Counted from the first letter of the stretch, positions 40,086-51,442 are shown. The stretch: DNA of 64,000 nucleotides from Negativicutes bacterium (GCA_963665275.2 CAXXIN010000013.1:64001-128000), one strand, 5' to 3'. The notes: a model not told the origin generated them from the sequence alone. Numbers and translations are program-made.

Positions 40086-40157
40086 TGAGTTAATTCTCCT
40101 TTCTCTAATGAGCAAGAAGTTGAAACAAGCTGTTTCTGCGCTGTTCTTTCAGTATTA

Positions 40158-41057
40158 TTATCCATATCTCCGATACCAATAGGCCGATAACCATCGAAGG
40201 GGTTTGAGAATATCCGTGATATTTATTAACCCATCGGTCACTTCCCACTGGTCATTATAATTGTAGGTATGCAGTTTTTGATTTTTCTCGCACCAATCGG
40301 GCCCAATCTCCGATATTGGCTTCTCCTCGTAGTGTGTTTCCGTCAAGCTGGTGATCTCGTTAAATACCACAGATAATCCATATTTTCCGGAACAGTTTTG
40401 AGCCGGTCGAATTAATTTTCCGTCACAAAAAAATAGGTTTCCTGCCGGACGCGCTGTTCGAGAATCTCGATTAACCGGATTTTGCGTGTGGGGGAGTCCA
40501 TTCCGAATATAAAGAATCAGCAAAAAAGACGTGCAAATCCCCAGCATATGCAGGATTTTTCGCATCCAGCATATTGGTAAACAACCACCACTTTTTATTG
40601 TAAAAAAACAACGTTGAATCAGCGGTCTTAAACCCGCTCATCAACACTCGCTTCAATATCCATTGATCGGGGAAAATTTACAGCCTCATACAATTCAACC
40701 GTATTGTTGACGCTGGTATCTGGAATCATAAAAAATTCCTTGATCTGTCTTAAACAGAAAAGGATAGGCGAGGTGATGCTCTTTTTCCAATACAACCTGG
40801 GGCGTTGAATACTTTCCATGCTCGTCAATCTCAATGCAGCTAATAACGCCTTTCCGCTTTTTCAGATGAAAATCCTCAAAAAAAACAAAGTGCTTCCCTG
40901 CATTTTCAATCACAAACGGATCGGCAAAAAATCTTCCTGCCGAGGGGCGAATGATTTGGAAATCATTCATGGGCAAGGGTAAGGAAAAAGGCTGTTTCTT
41001 GCGAAATGCAATAAACCATTGCTGAAAAACAAATAATCTCTCCAGTGAAATCATCAC
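40158..41057 (-). pseudogene. Beta-propeller protein (GINT1 N-terminal/GH43-like) with three frameshifts
   Basis: FFADPF, HLAYPF, MIPD, WWLF, RPAG, RPAQ pieces align in order with the C-terminal half of 51443-53146. Confidence 0.7.
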
Positions 41058-41081
41058 TTACCCCCTTCGCGGTGTATTCAA

Positions 41082-42344
41082 CTACTGTTTCTGTGTAACG
41101 CGATTAATAACTGTGATTAGCTTCCCCGTCAGCACTTTATAATCAAACTCCGCCGCACCGATTTTTGCATTCCTGCCCATTTGTTCGTATTGTTCCTTCG
41201 GCATGTCATGCACTTTCAGAATCGTCCAGGCAAGAGCCTCAGGCGTCGACACTTCCAGCGAAAGCCCGCATGCATACTTTTCCAGCAGACAGTATCCCAT
41301 TTTTATTGTCGAAATAATCGGCTTCCCTGATGCCATATATTCAAACAACTTATTGGAGCTGTTTCCCCTTGTCCAATTGTACCTCGATGGAGAATAGTTC
41401 AAAATGTTGACTGACGATTTACTCAGAATATAGGGAATACAGCGTTTATCCACATAGCCTTTTAACTTCACATTGGCAATTTCTTCGTCCAAAATACGCT
41501 TCTGTAGTGCTTCCATTTCATTGCCGTCACCGTAAATAAGGAACTGGATATCGGTATGTTCCTTCAGCAAAACTGCGGCATCCAGTAGGTTTCCGACATC
41601 ATTAACCGGGCGAATCGAGCCGGCGTAGACGACATTGAATTTATCGTCTTCCAAGTCACTGTCACTAACGGGGTTATCAGCAATGGACTTTTGGAAAACT
41701 TCTAAATCTACACCGTTGTTGATGTAGTAGCATTTTCCCAAGTCAAGATCCCCACCATGCGCGGTATCCCATTTATGCTCTTTGAGGTAGCCTGTATCCC
41801 CTTCCTTGGTGAAAATCATCGCATCAGCATTACGATAAATCCAGTGTTCGCCTGCGGTCAAGCATTTTCCCAGCAGACTGCGCTCTTTGAGTTTGCCAAA
41901 TGTGAATATGGCATCCGGCCACAAATCACGCACCTCACAGATGCAAGGAATCTTAAATTGCCGGGCTACATGAATCCCGGCAATCATCGTCAGGGGATGG
42001 GGGCTGGAAGCAATGATAACATCAGGCTTTCCATGTTCCTTCGCATACTGCCTTGATATCGCCCGCAACCCAAAATAGAACGCGGCCATATTCTTTATCC
42101 GAGCGATCAATCCCTTTGCCGACGATGGCGTGTTCACAAAAACAAAGGGGATTCCCCATTCATTGTTCAATAAATAGGCTCGCCCGTCGTTTATCAGGTT
42201 AACATCAGAATGGTGAAGATAAGAGGCGGCAAAAATTGTCGCCTCCATACCACATTCCTGCAATCGTTTCCCGAAGTTGAAGGGTCTGATTTGTCCGCTC
42301 AGGTTTGGTGGAACTGCATAGTGATGAAAGAACCAAATATTCAT
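41082..42344 (-). CDS. GT4 glycosyltransferase (WbuB-like)
   Basis: EVRDLWP, YAGSI, NKLFEYMASGKPII. Confidence 0.85.
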   Translation of the reverse strand: MNIWFFHHYAVPPNLSGQIRPFNFGKRLQECGMEATIFAASYLHHSDVNLINDGRAYLLNNEWGIPFVFVNTPSSAKGLIARIKNMAAFYFGLRAISRQYAKEHGKPDVIIASSPHPLTMIAGIHVARQFKIPCICEVRDLWPDAIFTFGKLKERSLLGKCLTAGEHWIYRNADAMIFTKEGDTGYLKEHKWDTAHGGDLDLGKCYYINNGVDLEVFQKSIADNPVSDSDLEDDKFNVVYAGSIRPVNDVGNLLDAAVLLKEHTDIQFLIYGDGNEMEALQKRILDEEIANVKLKGYVDKRCIPYILSKSSVNILNYSPSRYNWTRGNSSNKLFEYMASGKPIISTIKMGYCLLEKYACGLSLEVSTPEALAWTILKVHDMPKEQYEQMGRNAKIGAAEFDYKVLTGKLITVINRVTQKQ

Positions 42345-42383
42345 TCAACCACTCCTGTTTTCAACGCCATAATAAATAAGTTC

Positions 42384-43830
42384 CTACGAGTGGGCATACT
42401 GATTTTCTTGTTTTGTTTCGTCAGATGGCGGGGCAGAACGTGCAGACGGTATTGGTTGCTCCGCTTCAGAGCCTAAGGTTCCACAAATCTCCTCCAGCTC
42501 CTCGTCTCCAACACCCTCGGCGTGACTGCGGGAAAGCACAACCTTCACCGTTTTCAACATCAACACCAGATCCGTAATCACATTGCATTGTTGAATATAA
42601 ATCAGGTCGTATACCAGCTTGCTATACGGCGTGGTGGTGTATTTCCCATAAACCTGCGCCATGCCGGTTATCCCCGGTTTCACGTTGCTACGGTGAATGT
42701 ATTCCGGTAATTTCTTTTTTAGTTTCTCGACGAAGAATGGGCGTTCCGGTCTTGGCCCCACAATGCTCATGTTGCCGATCAACACATTAACCAATTGCGG
42801 CAGTTCGTCGATCCGTGTTGCCCGAATAAATCGGCCCACCCTAGTCACACGCGGATCATCCGTCGTCGCCAACACCGGTCCCGTATGTTCTTCTGCATCG
42901 ATGCGCATCGTGCGGAACTTGTAGACGTTAAACTCTTTTTCCTGTTCGCCAACCCGTCGTTGGCTGAAAAAAAACAGGGCCATGGCTATCCAACTTAATT
43001 GCGATCGCCACTAGAATAAACACCGGAATCAGGCACACCATCCCAATCGCTGCAACAACAAGGTCCAGCAGCCGCTTCATGAGTTGCTGTTCCGGTGTAG
43101 GGCGCAGATAACGCGGTCGAAAAACCGGAATATCATCGATTTTATCCAAGTCAACATGACTGCAATACAATTCATAGAATTCCGGTATGATAAAGACCTG
43201 TTTTTCGTTCATTTGGCAATAATGCAACATAGCCGCCTTATCGCCAAGTTTCATGTCAGAAGACAGAATCACCAAATCAACATCGTGCATGACTGCCTTC
43301 CAGTCGCCGCTGTCATATTCCGGGCAAACATATTTCACACGATCCTTCAGATAATCGTGTGAATGAAGACGGCTGACCAGACTGTGGCAATCGGTGGCGC
43401 CTCCCATAAGCAAAACCTTGCGCGATACCATGCTTGCATGCTCAAGCTTCCAGTACAAGCTATTCCATAAAGACAATGCCACAAATTGCAACAAAGTGGC
43501 CGTGAGCAAAATGCTGCGGGAATAGGCAAAATCCCTTAAAAAAAAGCTGATTGCCATAATGATGACGAACATCTTCACCATGACAATCGCCAAATCAATC
43601 AACACTTCGCTGTAGTTCTTGCGAATTAGCGAAAGCAGACCATTGAAAACCAATAATGTAGCTACAACAACCAACATTACCGGCAACATTCCTCTGTAAA
43701 GCTCCATGTCGAGCGTTGCATCACGGTATGAAAGGACTAGAAAAATTGCAGCATAGGAAGACAGGGCAACGAGCACCATATCTCCTGCAAACAATGTGAT
43801 CTTTCGCAATCCTGGAAAACGTCGTCGCAC
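42384..43830 (-). pseudogene. Polyprenyl-phosphate sugar phosphotransferase copy 2, frameshifted at T8 (42967-42974)
   Basis: Near-duplicate of 44204-45592, which has T7 here; YKFRTM, DELPQL, VGPRP, KPGITG. Confidence 0.85.
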
Positions 43831-43881
43831 CCAATTCCCTCTTTCACAAATCAATCGTCTTTTCTTAGCAACTTCCCCTTA

Positions 43882-44181
43882 CTAATGCGCGAGCAAGCCA
43901 TAAATCGACGCAGTAGTATCGTCCACAAATCGGCATCCATAAAGCTTGTTGCTGTTACGCAAAACAATGGCGTTAACAACAACGGTCCGAGTCAGTGTCG
44001 TCAATTCCAATTTAATACGCTCGCCCAAGGACAATACAGCTTCCGTTTCAAATCCAATATTGTCTTCGGACACATCGACCGACAAAGCCTGGTAACAGTG
44101 ATCGGGCGTATTTTCTGATCGCAATGCCAATGTTTGGGTGACATTGATGCGCCCCCGTTCACGCCTTTCTAGATAATCCAT
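43882..44181 (-). CDS. Stand-alone PilZ-domain protein
   Basis: ERRERGR (RxxxR), DVSEDNIG (variant DxSxxG), YGCRF. Confidence 0.75.
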   Translation of the reverse strand: MDYLERRERGRINVTQTLALRSENTPDHCYQALSVDVSEDNIGFETEAVLSLGERIKLELTTLTRTVVVNAIVLRNSNKLYGCRFVDDTTASIYGLLAH

Positions 44182-44203
44182 GTCAACACATCCTTAATTA
44201 AAG

Positions 44204-45592
44204 TTACTGACTAGGCCCGCCAGTTTTTGCGGATACTTCGTATGTATGTAATGTTTCGCGATTAGTATTGCGAACACCTTCTGCGCTGCTCTTGGAAAGT
44301 AAAACCTTCACCGTTCGCAACATCAGCACCAGATCCGTAATCACATTGCACTGCTGAATATAAGTCAGATCGTACACCAGCTTGTTGTATGGGGTAGTAT
44401 TGTATTTGCCGTAGACCTGCGCCATGCCGGTTATTCCCGGTTTCACGTTGCTGCGGTGAATATATTCCGGCAATTCCCGTTTCAGCATTTCAACAAAGAA
44501 CGGGCGTTCCGGCCTTGGCCCCACAATGCTCATGTTGCCGATCAACACATTAACCAATTGCGGCAGTTCGTCGATCCGCGTGGCCCGAATAAACCGCCCC
44601 ACCCTAGTCACACGCGGATCATCCGTCGTCGCCAACACCGGTCCCGTATGTTCTTCTGCATCGATGCGCATCGTGCGAAACTTGTAGACGTTAAACTCTT
44701 TTTCCTGTTCGCCAACCCGCCGTTGACTGAAAAAAACAGGGCCATAGCTATCCAGCTTAATTGCGATCGCCACTAGAATAAACACCGGAATCAGGCACAC
44801 CGTTGCAGTCGCAGCAACAACAAGGTCCAACATTCGCTTCATAAGTTGCTGTTCCGGCGTAGGTCGCAGATAACGCGGCCGAAAAACCGGAATGTCGTCG
44901 ATTTTATCCAAGTCAACATGACTGCAATACAATTCATAGAATTCCGGTATGATAAAGACCTGTTTTTCGTTCATTTGGCAATAATGCAGCATAGCCGCCT
45001 TATCGCCAAGTTTCATGTCCGAAGATAGGATCACCAAATCAACATCATGCATGACCGCTTGCCAGTCGCTAGTTTCGTAATCAGGGCAAACATATTTCAC
45101 ATAGTCCTTCAGGTACGAATGAGTACGAAGACGGTTGATCAGGACATGAGATTCCTTGGTCGAACCCATGAGCAACACTCTGCGTGAAATCATACTGGCA
45201 TGTTCGAGCCGCCAAAAAAAACGGTTCCAAAAAGCCAAGGTCACAAATTGGATCATTGTTGCGGTGAGCAGGATACTGCGGGAATAGGCAAAATCCCGTA
45301 AGAAAAAACTGATCGCCATCATGATGACGAACATCTTCACCATGACAATCACCAAATCAATCAACACTTCACTGTATTGTTTGCGAACCAACGAAAGCAA
45401 GCCATTAAAAACCAGCAACGTGGCCGCAACAGCCAATATAACTGGCAGCATTCCGTGGTAAAGTTCCATGTCCAGCTGTACGTCACGAAATGGAACGACT
45501 AAGAAAATCGCCGCATAGGAAGACAGGGCAACGAGCGCCAGATCGCCTGCAAACAATAGGATTTTTCTCAATCCCGGAAAACGACGTCGCAC
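44204..45592 (-). CDS. Polyprenyl-phosphate sugar phosphotransferase (WcaJ/CpsE-type priming GT) copy 1
   Basis: 4 N-terminal TMs, KR.LD, YKFRTM, RIDELPQL, GPRPER; GTG start after GAAAGGGGGAG. Confidence 0.9.
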   Translation of the reverse strand: MRRRFPGLRKILLFAGDLALVALSSYAAIFLVVPFRDVQLDMELYHGMLPVILAVAATLLVFNGLLSLVRKQYSEVLIDLVIVMVKMFVIMMAISFFLRDFAYSRSILLTATMIQFVTLAFWNRFFWRLEHASMISRRVLLMGSTKESHVLINRLRTHSYLKDYVKYVCPDYETSDWQAVMHDVDLVILSSDMKLGDKAAMLHYCQMNEKQVFIIPEFYELYCSHVDLDKIDDIPVFRPRYLRPTPEQQLMKRMLDLVVAATATVCLIPVFILVAIAIKLDSYGPVFFSQRRVGEQEKEFNVYKFRTMRIDAEEHTGPVLATTDDPRVTRVGRFIRATRIDELPQLVNVLIGNMSIVGPRPERPFFVEMLKRELPEYIHRSNVKPGITGMAQVYGKYNTTPYNKLVYDLTYIQQCNVITDLVLMLRTVKVLLSKSSAEGVRNTNRETLHTYEVSAKTGGPSQ

Positions 45593-45798
45593 CGAACTCC
45601 CCCTTTCTCGCATCGGTCAACCTTACCAGATTTTGCAGGTAAGAATGCTTGCTTTGAAACGATATTTCAAACTTTTTCTTAATCATACAATGAAAAAAGC
45701 CTTTTCGATATTAGCCTAAAGTATAATAATTAGAATCGGAAGTGAAATTTGAATTGAAAAACAAAATTATTGGTTAAAGCCAAGTTCATCTCTTCGCC

Positions 45799-47007
45799 TT
45801 ATGACAAACGAAATTTTCCCAAAAGCTTCGGTCCGATCGACTCGATGTTGAAATGTTCTTTTACTTGGATTTTTCCCAACCGAATCATACTTGCCTTTTT
45901 GCTTTCGTCATGCATGAGAGACAATAACGCCTCAAATAAAGCTATAGGGTCTTTGTCCGGCACAAGAATCGATGTTCCGTCTACGCAAAGTTCCGGTATA
46001 CCACCTGTCAACGTCGAAACTACTGGAACTCCCGCCGCCATGGCTTCAATGAGTGAAACAGGAATCCCTTCCATTTCCCCACGGTCCGTTACAATACTCG
46101 GCAAAGTCACACAATCCCATTGCCCGGAAAAGAGTTTCGCAAGAAGGAGTGAATGAGATATCTCGCCAAGAAAATTAATACACCCTGCCAGTCCCATTTG
46201 ACTGACTTGCTGTTGCATCTGGAGTTTCAATTCCCCTTTGCCTGCAAAATCAAGCTGAACTTTTTCGCCTTGCTTCTGCAGCAATTGAATAGCCTGAATC
46301 AAATAAATGTGTCCCTTCACTTCGACGAAATTGGCTGGCATGAGAATCCTAAATATCCGGTCCTCATCCTGCTTTTTTTTATGCTCAGTAGCAACTTCGG
46401 GAGGAATTGCAACTCCCATATGAAGAACATGGACTTTTTCAGTCTTGCCAGTCAAATTTCGAATCGACCTTGCGCCATTTTCATTGATACACCGCACAAA
46501 AGAGCAAGAATTTATTTTTTCCCTAATTAGATTGTTTACTGCGATGTCCGCCCGGTGAGCGGTAATGCTCCAGGGGATTTTCAGCATGGATGCCGTTATC
46601 ATGGCCATAGTGGCGCTTGCATTTATCCAATGAACATGAATATGGTCAGGGATCCCAGTCTTGCGTAGGTATCTTGTCAACCAGAGCGCTTTGGGAATAA
46701 CAGCAAGATTTTTAATAAAAATCCATGAATTTTTACTTTTCCCGATTTTCATGATCAGTTTCGCAACTTCGACGGGGTTCCGACCTATCTCTTGCACTGC
46801 CGCAACAATAATTGAGCCATTACATAGCGGTTGTTTTAGGGAAAACGCCAACAGTGCCTCGCTATCCTGATGAACTACTTCACTCTCGGGACGCAATGGA
46901 ACTACCGTAACGTGATGTCCAGCTTTCATAATATACATGATTTCGGGAATAACAAAAGCTTCATACGTACCAAAGGGTAAATTATGGGTAATATAACAGA
47001 TCTTCAT
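45799..47007 (-). CDS. GT4 glycosyltransferase (WcaL-like)
   Basis: HIHVHW, TAHRAD, EGIPVSLIEAMAAGVPVV. Confidence 0.85.
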   Translation of the reverse strand: MKICYITHNLPFGTYEAFVIPEIMYIMKAGHHVTVVPLRPESEVVHQDSEALLAFSLKQPLCNGSIIVAAVQEIGRNPVEVAKLIMKIGKSKNSWIFIKNLAVIPKALWLTRYLRKTGIPDHIHVHWINASATMAMITASMLKIPWSITAHRADIAVNNLIREKINSCSFVRCINENGARSIRNLTGKTEKVHVLHMGVAIPPEVATEHKKKQDEDRIFRILMPANFVEVKGHIYLIQAIQLLQKQGEKVQLDFAGKGELKLQMQQQVSQMGLAGCINFLGEISHSLLLAKLFSGQWDCVTLPSIVTDRGEMEGIPVSLIEAMAAGVPVVSTLTGGIPELCVDGTSILVPDKDPIALFEALLSLMHDESKKASMIRLGKIQVKEHFNIESIGPKLLGKFRLS

Positions 47008-47041
47008 TTTCTCAGTCCCATTGTTGCGTACTTCCCCACTA

Positions 47042-48175
47042 TCACAAAATTGGTTCTCCTTTTGCAACCTGCTCAATCAGTTTCACGTAGGAATCCACCA
47101 TCACGTCCAAACTATTATGACGCCGAACGTAGTCCGCACCAATACTCCCTAGCCTTCTTGCCAGCAATTCATCACCAGCAAGTTGTTTTAACGAGTTCCA
47201 ATAATGTTCGACATTATTTTCCGCAAATATGAAGGGGGATAGCTCTGCGATATCGCGCTGTATGTCCTTTGCATATCCTACCTGTGTGGTAAGGACCGGC
47301 AGTTCGCAAGCCATCGCTTCCAGCAGAGAATAACTGCACCCTTCATATCGCGTAGGAAACACGAATATATCCGCCGCAGAATAGATCTCCGGGATTTGGT
47401 TATAGTTTACATTTTGCACAAATACAACATTAGCCGGCCACCCTGACGGTATTTCATCAGTGGCAATCAAAAACTTGATCCGCAATTGCTCTTCCCATGC
47501 CAGCACGGCAAGAGCACGCAACTCTTCAAACCCCTTCCCGATAATGCCAAACCTTCCTGTAAAGCAGGCGACAAAGTCATCAGTATCTACTCCATATTTT
47601 TGCCGACAACCGGCTGGATCTCTTGGGGAGAAATGCTCTGTATCAATTCCATTAGGAATTACTATCGGTTTTATGCCGGAATAATATTGCCGAAGCTCTT
47701 CGGCTACAGCACTGGAAACCGCGACAGAAACAGCACCGGTTGCAGTATATTGCTCCAAGCCCCCCTTAAATCTGTCCAACCCAATATATCGATTCAATTT
47801 CGTCCGCCACGTAACACCGGCGGGAAACTTGAGGTGCGACAACCCCCGCATGCTTCCATGATGAATAACGATGCGGGGAATTTGGGTTTTCCCTCGCAAA
47901 TTCCACCCCGCTATGCTGTTTTGGATGATGACATCCGTGAGGACACTATGCGCGGACATCTGTCGCCAGGCAACATTGCCAATCTGCATGTTGCGGTACT
48001 GATTGACCAGATATTTGTCGTACCATTTATCGGTCCAACCCTCGATTGAACTGCGATCATAAACATCTATCATCATTTTTCGGCTTGCCAAACAATCTGC
48101 CATTGAGAAGGCAAACCGTTCAACGCCACCTATATTACCTGGCGAAATATCCGACACAAGCGCAATTCGCAGCAC
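47042..48175 (-). CDS. GT4 glycosyltransferase
   Basis: GGVER, IPNGID, YEGCSYSLLEAMACELPV. Confidence 0.85.
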   Translation of the reverse strand: MLRIALVSDISPGNIGGVERFAFSMADCLASRKMMIDVYDRSSIEGWTDKWYDKYLVNQYRNMQIGNVAWRQMSAHSVLTDVIIQNSIAGWNLRGKTQIPRIVIHHGSMRGLSHLKFPAGVTWRTKLNRYIGLDRFKGGLEQYTATGAVSVAVSSAVAEELRQYYSGIKPIVIPNGIDTEHFSPRDPAGCRQKYGVDTDDFVACFTGRFGIIGKGFEELRALAVLAWEEQLRIKFLIATDEIPSGWPANVVFVQNVNYNQIPEIYSAADIFVFPTRYEGCSYSLLEAMACELPVLTTQVGYAKDIQRDIAELSPFIFAENNVEHYWNSLKQLAGDELLARRLGSIGADYVRRHNSLDVMVDSYVKLIEQVAKGEPIL

Positions 48176-48224
48176 GACCAATCCTCCAATCACTGGATAC
48201 GACTTCGCATCGTCAGCTATCACG

Positions 48225-49358
48225 CTAGCTGTGTAAATCGTTCGACTTCAATTCCTTCTTTTCACTCCGCATCAAACAGGTGCACAAGCGCGACATTTGA
48301 TTTTTTAGCTGCGATTTGCATTGACACGAAAAATACGGTACATACAAAGCAAGACATGCAACAGCCCGCGTTTTACTCAGAATGAAGGTTCTGCAGTTAT
48401 GCTGTATCCCGCCAATTTTAAACTTATACTCTTCGGTCCCTCTCGTTAAATCAAAATATTTAACCTGTTTATTTTGATTAATGAGGAAGCAAATTGTTTT
48501 ATATAAGAGCACGATACCAATACTATATTCTTTATAAATCGACTTATACGCGGTTATGGGAGAGCAAATGGTCCCGTTGGGAGAAACAAATCCCAAAAAA
48601 ACGGCAGCAATTTCACCATCAATATAGCATTCTGCCAAAAACCCTTGTCGTGTATCGCGCAAGTACTGCTTTACTGCATTTACACTTTTTAAATTAACTT
48701 CGCGCCGCAGTTCCAAAGAATGATTTATGTACAATTGAAGCACTTCATCAATAGCCCCTTCTTGCAGTTGACGATCTTCTACAAATCGATATTCAACCTC
48801 GAGCAGGCTATTTTCAAGTCGCGATATGCTTCGTCTAACTTTCGATTTAACTCGCTTGGACAAAGTGGCGTGAAATTCGTCAATACTGCCCCAAATAGGC
48901 ACCTTAACACAGGGGGTGCAATAGTTTCTTTGGCCAAAAGGCAATCGGTCGACAAAAGAGCTTATCCGACTGCTGCTGTGCAGCAAATTGAGATGTAAGA
49001 TAACGTTGGTCCTGGCATTTATTAATTCGTTTATAAAGTAATAAAAATCTTCGTATCGCAAATCCTGGTGATAAATAAAGTTTAAGTAGTCAGAATGCGT
49101 TTCTTCCCCTAAAAACCTTAACTCCTGAAAAACAACTTTGTTGCGTTTAACAAAAGGGGCGATTAAGATCATTTTCCCTTGTTTGTACAGACAATAATAG
49201 TTTAGGGTACCCCCATAGGTGCCATTTTCAATCAACGCAATATTCCATTCAAAAGACTGATACGGAGATAGTTCACTATTGTTTTCATACAGTTCCGCCC
49301 ACTCCGCACTGATAGTAAAAATGCTTTCAACAGAAGATAATAATGATATTTGAAACAA
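48225..49358 (-). CDS. GNAT acetyltransferase, CelD/BcsL-like
   Basis: PYQSFEW, SDYL, YSIG.VL, FDLTRGTEEYK. Confidence 0.75.
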   Translation of the reverse strand: MFQISLLSSVESIFTISAEWAELYENNSELSPYQSFEWNIALIENGTYGGTLNYYCLYKQGKMILIAPFVKRNKVVFQELRFLGEETHSDYLNFIYHQDLRYEDFYYFINELINARTNVILHLNLLHSSSRISSFVDRLPFGQRNYCTPCVKVPIWGSIDEFHATLSKRVKSKVRRSISRLENSLLEVEYRFVEDRQLQEGAIDEVLQLYINHSLELRREVNLKSVNAVKQYLRDTRQGFLAECYIDGEIAAVFLGFVSPNGTICSPITAYKSIYKEYSIGIVLLYKTICFLINQNKQVKYFDLTRGTEEYKFKIGGIQHNCRTFILSKTRAVACLALYVPYFSCQCKSQLKNQMSRLCTCLMRSEKKELKSNDLHS

Positions 49359-49498
49359 ATTGCCACCTTCCTTATTATAACGATATTTTGATGCATCTTC
49401 CCCTCATTTCCCCATAATGATTCAGATTCGTTGCTCATTTTGACTCAAGCGTGACACGACGAATAAGGCTGTGTCGAAGTTGTTATTTTTTAATCGCT

Positions 49499-50113
49499 TC
49501 ATCTACTTACGATCTCGTACTGCGCCATTATTTTATTGTAACTGAAGGAACAGCACACAAATGATCCAATTGGAATAAAACCATTTCTTTCAATCCCTTT
49601 ACGACTACGAATGTTTGAAGCAAGCGCACCTATAATGAACCGCTTACCGTCTATTTGCAAACATATATGATTAAGCAATTTTGTATAATAACCTTGTCGT
49701 TGAAACATATCATTAGTCATAAAGTCAAATAACATATATACTCCGCCAGGGATATCGATCTTCTTATTAATTTCAGTAATGGGAAAATCCTGGCAATGGC
49801 CTGCATACCACCCAGATGATATTACATGATGTTGGTTGCAAAAAGCGACAAAGCATGCATCATAATTGGCGAATCTTTCGTATGCAAGCGGTGATTGTTG
49901 CATTTGAAATTGATTTAAAAGGTCGACATACTCATCAATACAATGCGCCTCTTTGTAAACAACGTCAGTTCCAAGGTTTAATGGGAAAGGAACGATACCT
50001 GCCTTAGTTGTTGTATATACCACCATTTTAGGTCTAAAAACACACAGATGCGTTTGTATCCTATTGATGACCCTCCTCATTATGCGTCTGGCAATCTGGC
50101 TGATTTCAAACAC
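49499..50113 (-). CDS. Putative GNAT-fold protein
   Basis: FQRQGYY..LL and N..S...ERNGF motifs; GTG start after AAAGGAG. Confidence 0.55.
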   Translation of the reverse strand: MFEISQIARRIMRRVINRIQTHLCVFRPKMVVYTTTKAGIVPFPLNLGTDVVYKEAHCIDEYVDLLNQFQMQQSPLAYERFANYDACFVAFCNQHHVISSGWYAGHCQDFPITEINKKIDIPGGVYMLFDFMTNDMFQRQGYYTKLLNHICLQIDGKRFIIGALASNIRSRKGIERNGFIPIGSFVCCSFSYNKIMAQYEIVSR

Positions 50114-50239
50114 GATCTTCACTCCTTTCAGCTGGATAGTCAACGCCTCGTAATTAACTTGTGTATATTTCTGCCAAACCAACTGATTTGGCGTTACTAT
50201 GGATCATCCATATCCAAGCCCGTATCTTGTCCGTCCATT

Positions 50240-51415
50240 TTAGTGCGACCTATCTTTTGTCGCGCCCTCCGCATATACCTTCAAATATTGTTGCGCCATT
50301 ATTATGTGGGAAAATTTTTCCACACAATGGATTCGCGCCGCCGCGCCCATTCTTTTCAGCAGATTTGTATCAGCCATTAACGCGTGCACTCGATCCGCCA
50401 AAGCGCCCACATCGTCGGGGGCTACCAGATATCCCGTAATTCCGTCCTGCACATGTTCCTCCAAGGCGCTGGTTCGATACGCAACGATGGGCAACCCGCT
50501 GGACATTGCCTCAAGCACGGAATAAGGCGATGACTCCTCCGATTTTCCCGAAAGACCGGCCTGTCGAGAAGGAAACAGCAAAATATCGCCTTGTCGATAA
50601 AACTCCGGCATTCTCTCCTTCCGCAATGAGCCAAGAAACGTTACCTGATCCACTAATCCTTTATCCAGCACGTACTGCTTCGCCGCCGACTCCTGAGACC
50701 CCGTTCCGGCAACACTTAGCAAAATCCGCATTTCTGATCGGCTGTTCAAAATATGAATTACCTGGAGCGCATCAAGAATTCCTTTGGCGGTTTGCAACAG
50801 GCCAGCGAAGAGAATATTTGTTTTTTTTGAAGCCACTTCACTACTGGGTTTATAAATATCTGTATCGAGTCCATTGGGTATAATGGTGACCGTTTTAGCA
50901 GTAAATTGTGTTATATAGCTGGCGGCCCTACGCCCGACACAAATGATTGAATCCACTTGATCATAACCGATTTTTTCCATGCCCCAGAGCCATTGATGAG
51001 TTTTATCGCCAATAATACACCAATTGCGGGATTCGGCTTCGTAGGTCAAATACCCATGAACTGTCAATGCCAATCTACAACCCGTCAAATAGCGCAACAC
51101 TTTTGCCATTCCCACATGTTGGACATTTTGGATATTCAGTACATCAATCTTACCCTTCGTTTTCCACAAGGCATCCGCGATATAATACGCGTCTTCCGAC
51201 CAGCGTCGATAGCGACGCGACAAATACAAATTTGCCTTCCCAATAATTTTTTCTGGTAGGCGAATAAACGGTATGCGAATGCACGATGGCGGATTTTCCG
51301 GCACAACAGCAACATCGTGTCCTAATTCGCGAAGTCCTTTCGCCAACATACACACATGAGTGGATACTCCGCCAATTTCTTCGAAAGGAGGGGATGGAAG
51401 CAATACAATGTTCAC
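50240..51415 (-). CDS. GT4 glycosyltransferase
   Basis: GGVSTH, IPNGLD, E...YSVLEAMSSGLPIV, DGITGYLV. Confidence 0.85.
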   Translation of the reverse strand: MNIVLLPSPPFEEIGGVSTHVCMLAKGLRELGHDVAVVPENPPSCIRIPFIRLPEKIIGKANLYLSRRYRRWSEDAYYIADALWKTKGKIDVLNIQNVQHVGMAKVLRYLTGCRLALTVHGYLTYEAESRNWCIIGDKTHQWLWGMEKIGYDQVDSIICVGRRAASYITQFTAKTVTIIPNGLDTDIYKPSSEVASKKTNILFAGLLQTAKGILDALQVIHILNSRSEMRILLSVAGTGSQESAAKQYVLDKGLVDQVTFLGSLRKERMPEFYRQGDILLFPSRQAGLSGKSEESSPYSVLEAMSSGLPIVAYRTSALEEHVQDGITGYLVAPDDVGALADRVHALMADTNLLKRMGAAARIHCVEKFSHIIMAQQYLKVYAEGATKDRSH

Positions 51416-51442
51416 GGACAGCCTCCTCGGTACAATAACCTA

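Noticed and set aside
49472-49478. Spo0A-box-like TGTCGAA (also TTCGACA at 95-101)
   Set aside because: Single 7-mers are expected by chance in 64 kb
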